A DNA stretch of 64,000 nt. It comes from an uncultured virus (IMG/VR IMGVR_UViG_3300033153_007854) (lineage: Duplodnaviria > Heunggongvirae > Uroviricota > Caudoviricetes). The stretch lies in the IMG/VR virus record IMGVR_UViG_3300033153_007854. One strand, 5' to 3'. Below are positions 1-9,767 of the stretch, in pieces. Position 1 is the first letter of the stretch, and every line of letters begins with the position of its first letter. The position numbers and the translations under genes are program-made. The notes beneath the pieces were generated by a model. The model was not told the DNA's origin and made no database searches. It saw nothing but the letters and a program-made list of their open reading frames with translations.

Positions 1-178
1 CAATGTCGGCAGCGGATGGCCTGACCTGCCCGAAGACGCTGGATTGGATTCCCAGGTTGTTGTCAGCGGCCTGGTAGACCATCACGAGCCAGGTTGGGTT
101 CTCAGAGTTCGTTACTGGAATGGTCGTTAGTAGAAGGAGTCCTATTGCAAGCACACATACACACTTCGAGATTTTCAT
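1..178 (-). CDS. Clostripain (peptidase C11)-like secreted protein, N-terminal part, runs off the window
   Basis: ATG at 178 with GGTGA SD. Translates MKISKCVCVLAIGLLLLTT...WLVMVYQAADNNL: a signal peptide plus the WxxMVYxxADNNL motif typical of C11 N-termini. Confidence 0.65.
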   Translation of the reverse strand, partial: MKISKCVCVLAIGLLLLTTIPVTNSENPTWLVMVYQAADNNLGIQSSVFGQVRPSAADI

Positions 179-192
179 CTGAATCACCCGGT

Positions 193-732
193 CTAGCTAT
201 TATATGGGTCTTTCTCTTTCTTCCGCATTGCCATCAATAGGACGAAGGAAATGATGGCGATAATTACGATGACGAGGATGCCTATCAGCATTGAAGATGA
301 TGCCGTTTCCACCGGGGCCCTTGTCGGCCCTGCAACTCCGAGGACCATGTTGGTGTCGAGGTCGCCAGGTCGTGGATTCATCTGAGTGTCGTACCTCTGG
401 ACAGTAATCCATTTTGATGCCGTCAAGCCATCCTTAGTGGCAGTGACCTTGATTGTGTCGCCCTCATTGAACCCATTGCCCAGATTGATAAGCTCGGCGG
501 AATAGGTTCCGTTCACTCCAGACTTATCCTCAGAGAACGGCGATGTGAAGGTTTCGTCCGTTCTTTGGTTGAACAACGTTATCGTAGCTCCCTGGACTGG
601 GTTGCCTTCCTGGTCCGAGAGAATCCCTGCGATAACGTAGGGGTCTTGGCTTGCTGATACACTTCCGACTATCGTACTCATCATGAGTAGCGTCAATACG
701 ATGCAGAATAACCGCTTCATATGGTTCACCAA
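193..732 (-). CDS. Secreted/membrane-anchored protein with carboxypeptidase-regulatory-like (prealbumin-fold) domain
   Basis: Signal peptide, GILSDQEGNPVQGATITL motif, C-terminal TM helix; class B promoter at ~752-770. Confidence 0.7.
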   Translation of the reverse strand: MVNHMKRLFCIVLTLLMMSTIVGSVSASQDPYVIAGILSDQEGNPVQGATITLFNQRTDETFTSPFSEDKSGVNGTYSAELINLGNGFNEGDTIKVTATKDGLTASKWITVQRYDTQMNPRPGDLDTNMVLGVAGPTRAPVETASSSMLIGILVIVIIAIISFVLLMAMRKKEKDPYNS

Positions 733-770
733 TGTCCAAAACCATATAGATTATATAAATAGGTTTGGTT

Positions 771-1151
771 TCAATCCTCATCCATTCCTATGATGGTGAT
801 GTCCTCGGGGCCGACCACAATCTCCCCATAGAATACATCCACATTCTCAACACCCCTCTCAAGGACACCGGGTTTCAACCGGATGGATAGGATTCCCTCA
901 CATTCTCCAATCTCGTACTTTATACCCTCATCCTCATTCGCCATAATGCAATATTCTTCTGCCTCCCGTCTGTTATCTGTTATCCATATCCCTGGAACCG
1001 ATGGAGGAACTGAAAAACCGTTCTGCATTATATTTCTGGCCCTATTCGATGACGTTCCATGATAGTAGGTTTTCTCTGTATCGAGAGGGAATGTGCATTT
1101 CTGCCTATGAGGATTCCATACCATGTCTTCGGGACATTCCTTTGGTTCCAT
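771..1151 (-). CDS. ADP-ribosyltransferase-fold (Tpt1/PARP-like) small protein with N-terminal Cys tag
   Basis: True start MEPKECPED (TGATG overlap with the upstream gene); YYHGTS...IMQNGF...GIWIT...AEEY motif. Confidence 0.55.
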   Translation of the reverse strand: MEPKECPEDMVWNPHRQKCTFPLDTEKTYYHGTSSNRARNIMQNGFSVPPSVPGIWITDNRREAEEYCIMANEDEGIKYEIGECEGILSIRLKPGVLERGVENVDVFYGEIVVGPEDITIIGMDED

Positions 1152-1789
1152 CACTCCTCCAGCTCGTAGAAACAGAAGTCTTTGTTCGGCGGACACTTCC
1201 ATGAGGTGAGCAATCCCGTTATCGCCATCGCCGTAAGCATGAACTGTAGTCCGATTGAGATAGACCACCCGCTGATGTAATACTCTGTGTGGTTCGTCAA
1301 TATCAAGCCCTCCACAATGAAGTCTGCGACGAGTGCCAATACCCCAACAATCAGAGGAATCGAGGGCCGCTTTGATATTGAAACTCCCCAGATGCCCAGT
1401 ATTATCAGTCCTGGCAAAAGTGTTGACCTGTGCCAGATGCAGTAAATAAGTAGAATGATGCCAACCGATGGCAGAGCGACGTAATCCAGTGCCTTCTTTC
1501 TCTGTGGTTCGTCCGAAATGGCATAGAGGGTCATCAAGAGTGCGGTCAGGAGAAAGCCTGCGGTGAAGTAGCCCATCAATATCTCGATTGGAATATCGAA
1601 TACCATGAGCAAGCTCGTAACATCGTCGTAACTCCACGAGCCGTTCGATGTCCCCCATAATTCGATGGCGAGCCCGATGATGAATCCCACGATTCCCAGA
1701 AGCCAGCTCTCCTTTTTCTTTCGGATAAGGATTGTCACGGCGAATATGGTTACCATACAGGCTACAAAGAAGATTTGGTAAATCATCAA
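1151..1789 (-). CDS. Multi-pass membrane protein
   Basis: About 7 hydrophobic segments; class B promoter at ~1810-1830. Confidence 0.75.
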   Translation of the reverse strand: MMIYQIFFVACMVTIFAVTILIRKKKESWLLGIVGFIIGLAIELWGTSNGSWSYDDVTSLLMVFDIPIEILMGYFTAGFLLTALLMTLYAISDEPQRKKALDYVALPSVGIILLIYCIWHRSTLLPGLIILGIWGVSISKRPSIPLIVGVLALVADFIVEGLILTNHTEYYISGWSISIGLQFMLTAMAITGLLTSWKCPPNKDFCFYELEE

Positions 1790-1892
1790 GATAGAAAATC
1801 AGGTTAAATGTATATATAGATTTGTAATCAAATTTGAAATTAAAGAAAGAAATAATAAAAAAGGAAAATGGTTATTACGGGGGGTTCGAAGT

Positions 1893-2237
1893 CTAGTTAC
1901 AGTAATCCCGAACGTTCTCCTGCGCCTTCATCATCACCCATAGCGAGTAGATGATGAAGATGACACCGAGAGCGAGGATTATCCAGCCCACCCAGAAGAA
2001 GTAGAACCCTACTGTCTCCATGGTGATTGCGAGCTGTTCCGTTGCCTCGACTCCGACATCTGCGGCCCTGCTTGAGACTTCTGCCGTGGACCAGTTCATC
2101 ATGGCCCATCCGCCCCATACCAGTAGGACCGCTATTATCGTAATGAAAATAGCGGCCACAAGGTTCTGAATACTGTTGCCCCTGGTATTCTTGGCTATCT
2201 TGCAACTCTGTTTCTTATCGGATTCCAATGTGGTCAC
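1893..2237 (-). CDS. Two-TM membrane protein
   Basis: Two hydrophobic helices; class B promoter at 2262-2280. Confidence 0.7.
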   Translation of the reverse strand: MTTLESDKKQSCKIAKNTRGNSIQNLVAAIFITIIAVLLVWGGWAMMNWSTAEVSSRAADVGVEATEQLAITMETVGFYFFWVGWIILALGVIFIIYSLWVMMKAQENVRDYCN

Positions 2238-2332
2238 CTAATACTGAAAAATCGTAGAAAGTATAAATAGGTTTGTAATCAAAATTAATATGTCTTTGGA
2301 ACGTTTTCTTCGCACTGGGTCTTTTCTTTCTA

Positions 2333-2521
2333 CTATGGAACCCAAATCTCACATGGAACAGTTCGTGATGTTGTTGCCCTTGCATATTCGGATAGTGGAA
2401 TCTTGGTATCAACGACAATGGTGCGTTCCTCATCTTCTACTCGTATCCGTATCGTGTCTTCTCCTTTGCCCCCCTCAGCCAGAGAGATTGTAAGATGACC
2501 CTTCTTCCATTCTCTACTCAT
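2333..2521 (-). CDS. Hypothetical protein
   Basis: MSREWKKG..., last gene of an overlapping operon. Confidence 0.55.
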   Translation of the reverse strand: MSREWKKGHLTISLAEGGKGEDTIRIRVEDEERTIVVDTKIPLSEYARATTSRTVPCEIWVP

Positions 2522-2738
2522 CTGATTTTCCACCCTGTCCCTCAACGTTCTCCAGATTTGTCCAGCACCAATAGCTCCCTGTTCCAACCCAATGTACTTC
2601 TTCGCAATGTGGAAGTAGTGTATGATGGACCTTAACCCGTTGTCTGCGAGTAAGTGTATATTGTTTTCTGGATGGGTGCGTTGTATGAACTATCGCCCCC
2701 TTCTTGATTGTGATTTCGTCCCCTGGTTTGATGTTCAT
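2514..2738 (-). CDS. Hypothetical SH3/KOW-like small protein
   Basis: IKPGDEITIKKG; ATGA overlap with the neighbour. Confidence 0.6.
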   Translation of the reverse strand: MNIKPGDEITIKKGAIVHTTHPSRKQYTLTRRQRVKVHHTLLPHCEEVHWVGTGSYWCWTNLENVEGQGGKSDE

Positions 2739-2932
2739 TTTTCTTCCTCCTCAACGTCTTTCTTGGCCTTCTCGGACTGGTCAGCGTAATAAGAATAATC
2801 GCAATTCCAGCAGACATAATCTGAGACTGTTGGCGATAGTGGTATCCGTTCACACGGCTTACCGCAATGGGGACAGTTCCTTATCCCCTTCTCATTCTGA
2901 CCTTCCTTATCCGATGTTTCTGGCTTCATCAA
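2735..2932 (-). CDS. Zinc-ribbon protein
   Basis: CPHCG...CWNC; class A promoter at 2948-2959. Confidence 0.6.
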   Translation of the reverse strand: MMKPETSDKEGQNEKGIRNCPHCGKPCERIPLSPTVSDYVCWNCDYSYYADQSEKAKKDVEEEEK

Positions 2933-2964
2933 TTATCCATACTCCTTGGGACTTTATATGGTTT

Positions 2965-3450
2965 TCACTCCACATCTGCGGAATTACCGCAGTTCCGGCA
3001 GATGTCTTTCCTTCCCTTGGGCCTTCCTTTCGCATCGCACCTTCTCTTGCGTGTCTTCTTTGCCGGAATCGCCATCGAGATGTGACAGATGTTGCAGTGT
3101 AGGATGTCGGCCCCGCCGATGGGAAGCATCTCATACGGTTGCTTGCCGTAGTAATAGGGTCGTATCGTGTCTGCTGTAGCATCTATAGAATCCCCGCTTG
3201 CGGTGATTACTATTGATGCTTCAGAAACCTCAGTGACCTCGTAGGGAGTTCTACCCCATTCCTTGCCGTCGAACAGTTGAACAGCATCGCCGACTTTGAT
3301 GCAGAACTTCACCGTGATTTCTCTTCGCTTTATCTTCACCTCGAATGAGGACTTGATGCATTTCTTGGAGTGGTGATATTTTCCACACCAGTCGCATTCC
3401 TGCTTTCCGACTGGATGTGCCGAAGCTGGTTCTACCTTGGTTGCTTCCAT
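2965..3450 (-). CDS. Hypothetical Cys-rich protein
   Basis: GGTGA SD; several CxxC pairs. Confidence 0.65.
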   Translation of the reverse strand: MEATKVEPASAHPVGKQECDWCGKYHHSKKCIKSSFEVKIKRREITVKFCIKVGDAVQLFDGKEWGRTPYEVTEVSEASIVITASGDSIDATADTIRPYYYGKQPYEMLPIGGADILHCNICHISMAIPAKKTRKRRCDAKGRPKGRKDICRNCGNSADVE

Positions 3451-3462
3451 GGTATCACCCGC

Positions 3463-4182
3463 TCACAGCTTGGCCTGGCCCTTTCCGATGAGTTCTTCTA
3501 GCTCGGCCTCGGCCTGCTGTATCTTGATGTTCTTCTTGTCCTCCATCTCCTTCCACTTCAAGGCGTTCTTCTTTATCTTCTTGAGCCTCTTGGCTGTGGA
3601 CGCAGTATCGGATTGATGGTCCGGGTCGTCGTCAGGGACGGCCACTGGCGTTACCCCAATCTTTTCGAGGTATTCCTTGACTGTATCATCGAGGAATGAC
3701 TCGGGGACGATTATCTCTATCTTAGTCGGCTTGAAAGCATAGAAGATGCCTGGGCTGGACTCTTCCCCCTCACCCAACGCCTCTGGGTGGGCGAACATGG
3801 TCCAGGTTTCCTGTAGCTTGAGGTCGCCTGGAATGAACGGGAGCCTCTTTGATACACCCATCTCGCCGCACTCGACGGCGAATTCCTTTGGGGTGGGGTA
3901 GTGCTTCTTGCCGACCCACATGAGGCCGACCTGCTTCTCGGTCTTCATGGGGCAATCGGCCATCACCGGGCACTTCTTACAGTCCTTGGTCTTGAAGAAG
4001 CCGACGGGGTTGGTCATCCATGTCCATGTCCTGTTCTGGGTGTATCCCAGGCCGCAGGTGGGACAGTTGTGGAGTTCGTAAGGGATGTTGGGGCATTCGA
4101 AGTCCATGCCCCCGCCGATGAGATACAATCCGCCTATCTTCCTGTAGCCACAGCCTCTTGGTTCTTCAACTGCCATTTTCAT
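3463..4182 (-). CDS. Hypothetical virus-type protein (RGCGYRK...GGLYL)
   Basis: 239-aa ORF in operon, CxxC motifs. Confidence 0.7.
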   Translation of the reverse strand: MKMAVEEPRGCGYRKIGGLYLIGGGMDFECPNIPYELHNCPTCGLGYTQNRTWTWMTNPVGFFKTKDCKKCPVMADCPMKTEKQVGLMWVGKKHYPTPKEFAVECGEMGVSKRLPFIPGDLKLQETWTMFAHPEALGEGEESSPGIFYAFKPTKIEIIVPESFLDDTVKEYLEKIGVTPVAVPDDDPDHQSDTASTAKRLKKIKKNALKWKEMEDKKNIKIQQAEAELEELIGKGQAKL

Positions 4183-4340
4183 CCCTCCATATGGATTTCC
4201 TCGGTCACGACCACGGATGGCTCTCGCTTCTCAGGCATACCGTGATGCTTCAGAACTGTCTCTAGCTCCTTCACGATTGTCTTCACTTTGTCTTCATCGC
4301 AGTGCAACACTATCACGAGCCTCTTCTCTATCTTGACCAT
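4179..4340 (-). CDS. Hypothetical small protein
   Basis: MVKIEKRLVIVLHC...; SD AGGTGG; operon packing. Confidence 0.55.
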   Translation of the reverse strand: MVKIEKRLVIVLHCDEDKVKTIVKELETVLKHHGMPEKREPSVVVTEEIHMEG

Positions 4341-4341
4341 G

Positions 4342-5256
4342 TTATCCACCTTCCTTTTCTTCCGGTTCCCCGTATTTCTCCTTGAGGCGTTGGTATTCCG
4401 CCTGTTCTGCCTTTTCCTTCTGGAGTTCGGCTTCGACACGCCTTTCCTGCTTTCTCGCCTCCACTTTATCGTGATGTTCCGCAACCTTGGCCTTCCAATT
4501 TGACCAGAGCCATTCCAACGGAAATTCCACCGAGTCTTCGTCATGGCCGCCGAAGCTCCATGATTCCTCCCAATGAGATGAGATGATGCCGTCTGAGATT
4601 GTCCAGTTTTTATAACTACGATTATTGCCAGGTTCCAGAGCCTTTGAGATGCCGAATATCAGTTTGTTCAGCCTGATTTTTGATGCAAGTAGCTCCCGTA
4701 TCATTTCTTCCGTATAGGTTTCTGTCTCACCATCTGCCATCTGGTCCGGCCTGTTCGGACCAACGCTTTCGAATTTAGGCCATGTGACCAGGCCGAAACT
4801 TTTGTACGACCCATCTGATTCCTCTGGGAAGAACTTCCCTGTGATGATGTCGCCGTTCCGAGATAATTCGAAGGGGATTATCTTTCCGATGGTCCCTTTT
4901 GGGATGTAGTCATTCCCATCCTTGGTCAATCGTACCCGGAACGTCTTGGCCAATTTCTCCGCATAGGAAGTTGGTGTTCTCTTTGGGGGCTTTGGCTCCC
5001 ACTTGTCGAAGTCCACGCACTTGTCCTGAGACTTCCAGGCGCATTGCGCTCCGTGGGAACCCCTCTTGCACCCGGCACAGTTCTTCTCGTCATTAACTAT
5101 CTGTGTGAGGGTCTTCTCTAGCATTCCGGCATTGTCTAATGCCCATGCCAGGCAAACCGGGTTTTCAACATCACTATATCGGTCCAAATCGGCCCCAATT
5201 GCATTCAGTAGTAGATGAAGGGCCGATGTTGTTTCCTCATTCAAAACCATCTTCAT
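4342..5256 (-). CDS. Hypothetical protein
   Basis: About 304-aa ORF with ATGA overlap. Confidence 0.7.
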   Translation of the reverse strand: MKMVLNEETTSALHLLLNAIGADLDRYSDVENPVCLAWALDNAGMLEKTLTQIVNDEKNCAGCKRGSHGAQCAWKSQDKCVDFDKWEPKPPKRTPTSYAEKLAKTFRVRLTKDGNDYIPKGTIGKIIPFELSRNGDIITGKFFPEESDGSYKSFGLVTWPKFESVGPNRPDQMADGETETYTEEMIRELLASKIRLNKLIFGISKALEPGNNRSYKNWTISDGIISSHWEESWSFGGHDEDSVEFPLEWLWSNWKAKVAEHHDKVEARKQERRVEAELQKEKAEQAEYQRLKEKYGEPEEKEGG

Positions 5257-5531
5257 TCCTCCATGCCTATGCATACCCTCATGCCTTCAAGGTCCACCAG
5301 GACTTGAACGTATGAGAAGACGTATCCCTCGTTGGGATAGAACTTGTCTATGAGGTCTTGCATCTTGTCCATATCACGGTCTATCGTGTTATCCCCCGCC
5401 TCGGGGACCACATCGCTGATGAAAAGTTCCACGAACTCATGGAATCCCCAGTTGACGATTTCCTCGCCCCATTGTTCCTTCTTCACAAGCTTCCATAGAT
5501 AGGTCGTTTGTTCCGGCTTTACCTGTTCCAT
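5253..5531 (-). CDS. Hypothetical protein
   Basis: GGTGACACGATG start downstream of a class A promoter. Confidence 0.7.
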   Translation of the reverse strand: MEQVKPEQTTYLWKLVKKEQWGEEIVNWGFHEFVELFISDVVPEAGDNTIDRDMDKMQDLIDKFYPNEGYVFSYVQVLVDLEGMRVCIGMEE

Positions 5532-5724
5532 CGTGTCACCAATAGAACCATAGGATTTGGGGGTTTTTATAGTTTTCGTAGTTCTCGGGATATTATAGAC
5601 CGTTGCACCACACCCGAAAGACTGGCCTTGTATCGTCTATAGAGCCTATAGATGTGCAATAGTGCGAAACCTTACCTAGTTCATTGAATTGGCGGAGCCG
5701 ACATTGACTCCGCCGTGGGTAGCA

Positions 5725-6399
5725 TTATTCTTTGAACGTCCTCTTCATATGAGGCGGCAGTTTCAGGCTTGTCTCATGGACGGTGATGATGATAGATTCG
5801 TCTATCTCTATATATTGGTCAGGTGATTTCTCGGTTCCGTTGGTATTGTAGAATATTGATATTTTACCGTCGGATACCAAGTCCTTGACCGGGGGGGAGT
5901 TGGTGTCCTTGCTGGCTGACCAAGTTTGGTTCGAGAAGATGTTGGAACCCGTGTGTTCCGTGTTCATGATGGTGTACCAGGACGATTCTTTCCAGTCGTA
6001 GATTGAAATCGTCCCTCCTTGGTACGGAATCTCTCCATTTACATAACTGTATGCCCAATATGATGCGTTGGTCCTGAACTTCAGTTCCATGATGTTGTCA
6101 GGGACAGTGTAGTTGAGCACGACCCCGGTATTGTCGGGGCTACCCCAAACACTCAAAATGTTCCCATCTGTCCAGTTGGTGTCCCATAGCGAACCCGTAA
6201 TGGAGGGCCATGATTCGAACGGAACCCATCCCTCGCCCGCATAACTCACGACCTGATAGGAGAAGTGCCTTTCTTTCGGAAGGCGGAAGTTCCTCATATC
6301 CTGCCTGAGTGCCTCCTTGTTGACGAGGGCGGATGCTATGCTTGATGTCATTGCCAGTATCAGCACACATACCATGATTGTGGCCGTGATGCGCTTCAT
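5725..6399 (-). CDS. Secreted beta-rich protein
   Basis: True start MKRITATIMVC (signal peptide), promoter at 6425-6437. Confidence 0.7.
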   Translation of the reverse strand: MKRITATIMVCVLILAMTSSIASALVNKEALRQDMRNFRLPKERHFSYQVVSYAGEGWVPFESWPSITGSLWDTNWTDGNILSVWGSPDNTGVVLNYTVPDNIMELKFRTNASYWAYSYVNGEIPYQGGTISIYDWKESSWYTIMNTEHTGSNIFSNQTWSASKDTNSPPVKDLVSDGKISIFYNTNGTEKSPDQYIEIDESIIITVHETSLKLPPHMKRTFKE

Positions 6400-6628
6400 G
6401 CTATCCCAAAAACTTGATTTACTTGGGGCTTTATATAATTTTCTAAGGTTTGGGCGGGGCAGAAGATGGTCTTCGCCCCGCCCGGTGGGGGTTGGGGGGT
6501 TGGTGTATGTAGTTGGGGGGGGTTGGCTTTCCTTTTTTGAGGTAAAAACCAATATGTAGAATGCTCGGGGACTTTATATGCTTTTCTATTTCGCAAGGTT
6601 AAATAAACAGAACGTTATTAATATTACC

Positions 6629-6850
6629 ATGAACCGAGATGACTACCGGAGAAAACAGGAACGCAGACGGGCAGCCACGAAAAAGCACATTGAAAGGCGA
6701 GTCAGACTTGCTCGTTGGTTCGGCATTCCTGATGACTTCAAGTGGCTGAAGGAACCTCATCGGCTCCACAAGTACAATATGGTATGCTCGTGTTCGATTT
6801 GTAGTCAGCCCAGGCATAATCGTCATAAGTTTCAGAGAGAGGCTTGTTGA
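6629..6850 (+). CDS. Small Arg-rich protein with CSCxxC motif
   Basis: EPHRLHKYNMVCSCSICS; paralogue of 20636..21025. Confidence 0.65.
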   Translation: MNRDDYRRKQERRRAATKKHIERRVRLARWFGIPDDFKWLKEPHRLHKYNMVCSCSICSQPRHNRHKFQREAC

Positions 6851-6884
6851 AGAACCAGTAATGGCCTCTCTCTTTGATTCTGCC

Positions 6885-7433
6885 TTATATCAGGCTCGTG
6901 AACAGTCTGATGAATATTCCAAGTATGATTGCACCGACAGACAGCACGAGGATAATCGCCGCCACTATCTTGATTGGGGCGGGGATGACCAGGGCCACTA
7001 CGAAAGCGACCAGACTCATCAGCGTCAGTATTCCAGCGATGATGGTGAGTATCGGGAAGCCGGGGACGATGAACAGTATGAACGTCACGCCGCCGAGAAT
7101 AACCGATAACGCCAAGAGTGCGATTAGCACGAGTATCTTGCCGGGTGGTGGTACGAGTAGTATGGTAATAACGGCCCCGATAGCCCCGATGAAGCCGAGG
7201 ATTATCAGGATGATGGAGAAGTAGTTGATGAGCGTTCCGCCGCCGATGAAGCTCCTGGTGGTGGTGTCGTTATTGAGGACGTAGATGGCGAGAGCGACAA
7301 TCGCAAAGAGAGCGAACATTACTCCGAGCAGGAGGCCCTTTGCCCCAGAGCTTAACTTCTCTCTGGGTGTGCATTTGTTCTGTCTCGGATTGAAATCCAT
7401 GCCCTTCTTTTCGCAACTTTCCTTGGTAACCAT
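6885..7433 (-). CDS. Multi-pass membrane protein with N-terminal Cys tag
   Basis: MVTKESCEKKGMDFNPRQNKC followed by about 5 TM helices; class B promoter. Confidence 0.75.
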   Translation of the reverse strand: MVTKESCEKKGMDFNPRQNKCTPREKLSSGAKGLLLGVMFALFAIVALAIYVLNNDTTTRSFIGGGTLINYFSIILIILGFIGAIGAVITILLVPPPGKILVLIALLALSVILGGVTFILFIVPGFPILTIIAGILTLMSLVAFVVALVIPAPIKIVAAIILVLSVGAIILGIFIRLFTSLI

Positions 7434-7495
7434 GTTATCGGCTCCTATCAGCAACGAGTCTATTTCGGAGGAAATATATATAGGTTTGTAACCAA

Positions 7496-7849
7496 TTACC
7501 GCCAATGGTCGGGTCTTGCCCGTCTTATTTTCTTTGCCGTGTCTTTAACTGGGCACGAGGCAATGATTGTATTAACGTTGATGAACCGAACATCGCAATC
7601 CGTGTAGGTTTCGAGTTCATCTTTCAGAGCATTCAAATCCCGAGGGGCTCCTTCTGGTGTGAATCTTACCGTCACCGTATCTCCATCCCTCCAAAGCACG
7701 GCAGATTCTTCAGACACAATCTTTTCCATACCTTCTGGGAGTCCTTCGAAGCCGGACGGATTGACTATGAATAGTGCGGGGTCGCCTTTCAACGTGCCTT
7801 CCACATTGGTTGGTCTACGCACACCGAAGATGAATGGTTGTTCTGTCAT
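7496..7849 (-). CDS. Hypothetical protein
   Basis: Class B promoter at 7872-7890. Confidence 0.65.
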   Translation of the reverse strand: MTEQPFIFGVRRPTNVEGTLKGDPALFIVNPSGFEGLPEGMEKIVSEESAVLWRDGDTVTVRFTPEGAPRDLNALKDELETYTDCDVRFINVNTIIASCPVKDTAKKIRRARPDHWR

Positions 7850-7917
7850 TGGCACTAATTACATCAGATTGTATAAATACGTTTGTAACCAAAGTCACAC
7901 GCCTCTTAATGGAAAGA

Positions 7918-8067
7918 TGCTCCCGTCGGGATTCGAACCCAAGTCCCCGGCTATCTTTCGGGCGGTTGAACCTCAATCCAACCAAGAATGTGCGTCCACA
8001 TTCCACTGAACCGAATCAGTTTCCCGACGAAAGGCCGGAATGATTGTCCTGTCTACACTACGGGAGC
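7918..8067 (-). tRNA. tRNA-Glu(TTC) with 75-nt intron (7953-8027)
   Basis: GCTCCCG/CGGGAGC acceptor; CCGGC CT TTC G|intron|A GCCGG; perfect bulge-helix-bulge at 37/38. Confidence 0.93.
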
Positions 8068-8076
8068 ATATTATAG

Positions 8077-8148
8077 AGCCACCAGCCGGAGTCGAACCGA
8101 CACCTAATCCTTACCATGGACTTGTTCTGCCATTAGAACTATGGTGGC
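8077..8148 (-). tRNA. tRNA-Thr(GGT)
   Basis: Cloverleaf; AGTCC AT GGT AA GGATT. Confidence 0.9.
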
Positions 8149-8159
8149 AAAATTTATGT

Positions 8160-8408
8160 TCATTCGGTCTGCATCAACATCGTGAATATGTCTGCGGGCG
8201 TGAAATATTTGTGGGCGTACACGCCACACTTGGGGCATTTTGCCATTACGTCAACAACCGGGTCCGAATCCTCTTCATATGGCATGGACCCATTTACTGC
8301 GTTCCAGTCTGTGGTCTTGAACTTGAGATAGTCCCACTTATCATCATCATCGCTTTCGTCTTGCTTGACAAAGCAAGAGTCGCACTTGAATGGGAGTTCT
8401 TTGTTCAT
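8160..8408 (-). CDS. Zinc-ribbon protein
   Basis: CDSC...CPKCG. Confidence 0.6.
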   Translation of the reverse strand: MNKELPFKCDSCFVKQDESDDDDKWDYLKFKTTDWNAVNGSMPYEEDSDPVVDVMAKCPKCGVYAHKYFTPADIFTMLMQTE

Positions 8409-8785
8409 TATTTTTCCCCCTTCTGGCAGTTATTCGTGCATCGCCATGCCCTTCGTTGCCCTTCATCCATTGATAGTTCCATAGGACTTCCACATATTGG
8501 ACAGCAGTTATTCTCCCCATGCTTTATCTTCTGCCTGTCGTACATGATTTCTGAATCATGAAGAATCAATTTGATTCTATGCGATGGGATACTTGTCTGG
8601 GGTATTTGATTGATAACGATGAACGAGCCTTCTATCTTGGCTATCATCAAACCCTTGACCCTGGCTTCAGCTAATGGTGCTCCACGGCTGGTATAGACTA
8701 CTTCGACCTTATTAAAGTCGAAAGCATCGTCGTGCCACAGCCTATTGAGAACTGTGATTGGTGTCTTTTCCTTAATAGAGGTCAT
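8408..8785 (-). CDS. DUF504/MJ1316-like RNA-repair-associated domain plus Zn ribbon
   Basis: VLNRLWHD...YTSRGAP...IPSHRIKLI. Confidence 0.65.
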   Translation of the reverse strand: MTSIKEKTPITVLNRLWHDDAFDFNKVEVVYTSRGAPLAEARVKGLMIAKIEGSFIVINQIPQTSIPSHRIKLILHDSEIMYDRQKIKHGENNCCPICGSPMELSMDEGQRRAWRCTNNCQKGEK

Positions 8786-8832
8786 CGTGTCACCAGTAGA
8801 ACTATAGGATTGGGGGGTTTATATGGTTTGTT

Positions 8833-9423
8833 CTACGTTTCCTTGACCGGGTTCCATTCTTCTTCGGTCAGCCCGAAGGTCCAGGCGATGCCCGCCTTGC
8901 AGGTCTTTGTGGTCGGGGGTACTCGTAGAAGATACGTCTTGTCCGTGGATGCGTCCTTGACCTTGACAACTACGATAGGCTCCGAGAGCTTGGTCGCACT
9001 GATTCGGATGAGCTGGCTTTCGCCATCCTTGTGGAGAGTCCTTCCACCGACCCCACGGACGAACTTCTCGAAGCCATAGTTCTCTATCAGATACCTGCGT
9101 ATCTCCTGATTGTTACAGTTGAGGATTTCCCTGGCTTGAAGATTTCCCTCTGCGAGCTTGATGATGAGGAGGTAATCCCTGAGTGGTATGACTAATGCTC
9201 GATGTGTTGCCCTGGAGAGCTGTCTGTAAGGGCCTGTGAAGAATGTTGAATATTTGTAATCTTTCCATTTGGTTCGTTGCCAGAAATTACCACCAGCCCT
9301 TTTCTTCTTGGTGATGAGGTCTTCTCTCACTCTTATGAGGCCCCTGTGGAAGTAAATGTCGATTCCTGGGTATAGCTGGAGTCTCACAGGTAGAACGCTA
9401 CGGATTTGGTCGTAGTGGCCCAT
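8833..9423 (-). CDS. DUF6745-like protein
   Basis: N.EIRRYLIE.YG.EKF...DASTDKTYLLRVPP...AIAWTFGL.EEEW-type motifs. Confidence 0.65.
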   Translation of the reverse strand: MGHYDQIRSVLPVRLQLYPGIDIYFHRGLIRVREDLITKKKRAGGNFWQRTKWKDYKYSTFFTGPYRQLSRATHRALVIPLRDYLLIIKLAEGNLQAREILNCNNQEIRRYLIENYGFEKFVRGVGGRTLHKDGESQLIRISATKLSEPIVVVKVKDASTDKTYLLRVPPTTKTCKAGIAWTFGLTEEEWNPVKET

Positions 9424-9454
9424 TATATCCTTGATTGTGGACTTCAGATGTCCA

Positions 9455-9766
9455 TTAGTCTGCGACAGTTCTGCTCCCCCCGAGAGCGTATTCCTTCTGG
9501 CGAATGACTTCCCAGATGCCTTCGTCGAGTTCGACGGTCCCATGCTCCTCGTGGACTACCTCGGCATCATCGAAGACATGGACGAACATATCGTTCCCGA
9601 TTCCAGAGAGTAGGTCCGCATTGCCCTGGAGCCTGTGGGCGTGTCCGGTAGCTTCTCCTTCGACGATTATCTTGTCCTTCTTCGGACTCAGGTATCGCTT
9701 GGTGTCCACTGGGATGTGGTCCCTCTTGATGAACAGTACGTCACCCTGTCTCATGTGTTTGACCAT
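9455..9766 (-). CDS. RQGDV...GEATGHAH protein (usual partner of DUF6745 genes)
   Basis: MRQGDVLF...EGEATGHAHRL...HEEH motif. Confidence 0.7.
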   Translation of the reverse strand: MVKHMRQGDVLFIKRDHIPVDTKRYLSPKKDKIIVEGEATGHAHRLQGNADLLSGIGNDMFVHVFDDAEVVHEEHGTVELDEGIWEVIRQKEYALGGSRTVAD

Positions 9767-9767
9767 T

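Noticed and set aside
771..1658. 295-aa ORF as listed in the track
   Set aside because: The N-terminal ~170 aa overlap the real membrane gene in another frame; the true start is ATG at 1151.
5575..5720. Possible structured RNA (GGCGGAG/CTCCGCC hairpin and TATAGAC/GTCTATA pairing)
   Set aside because: Only short helices; compatible with a terminator or chance.
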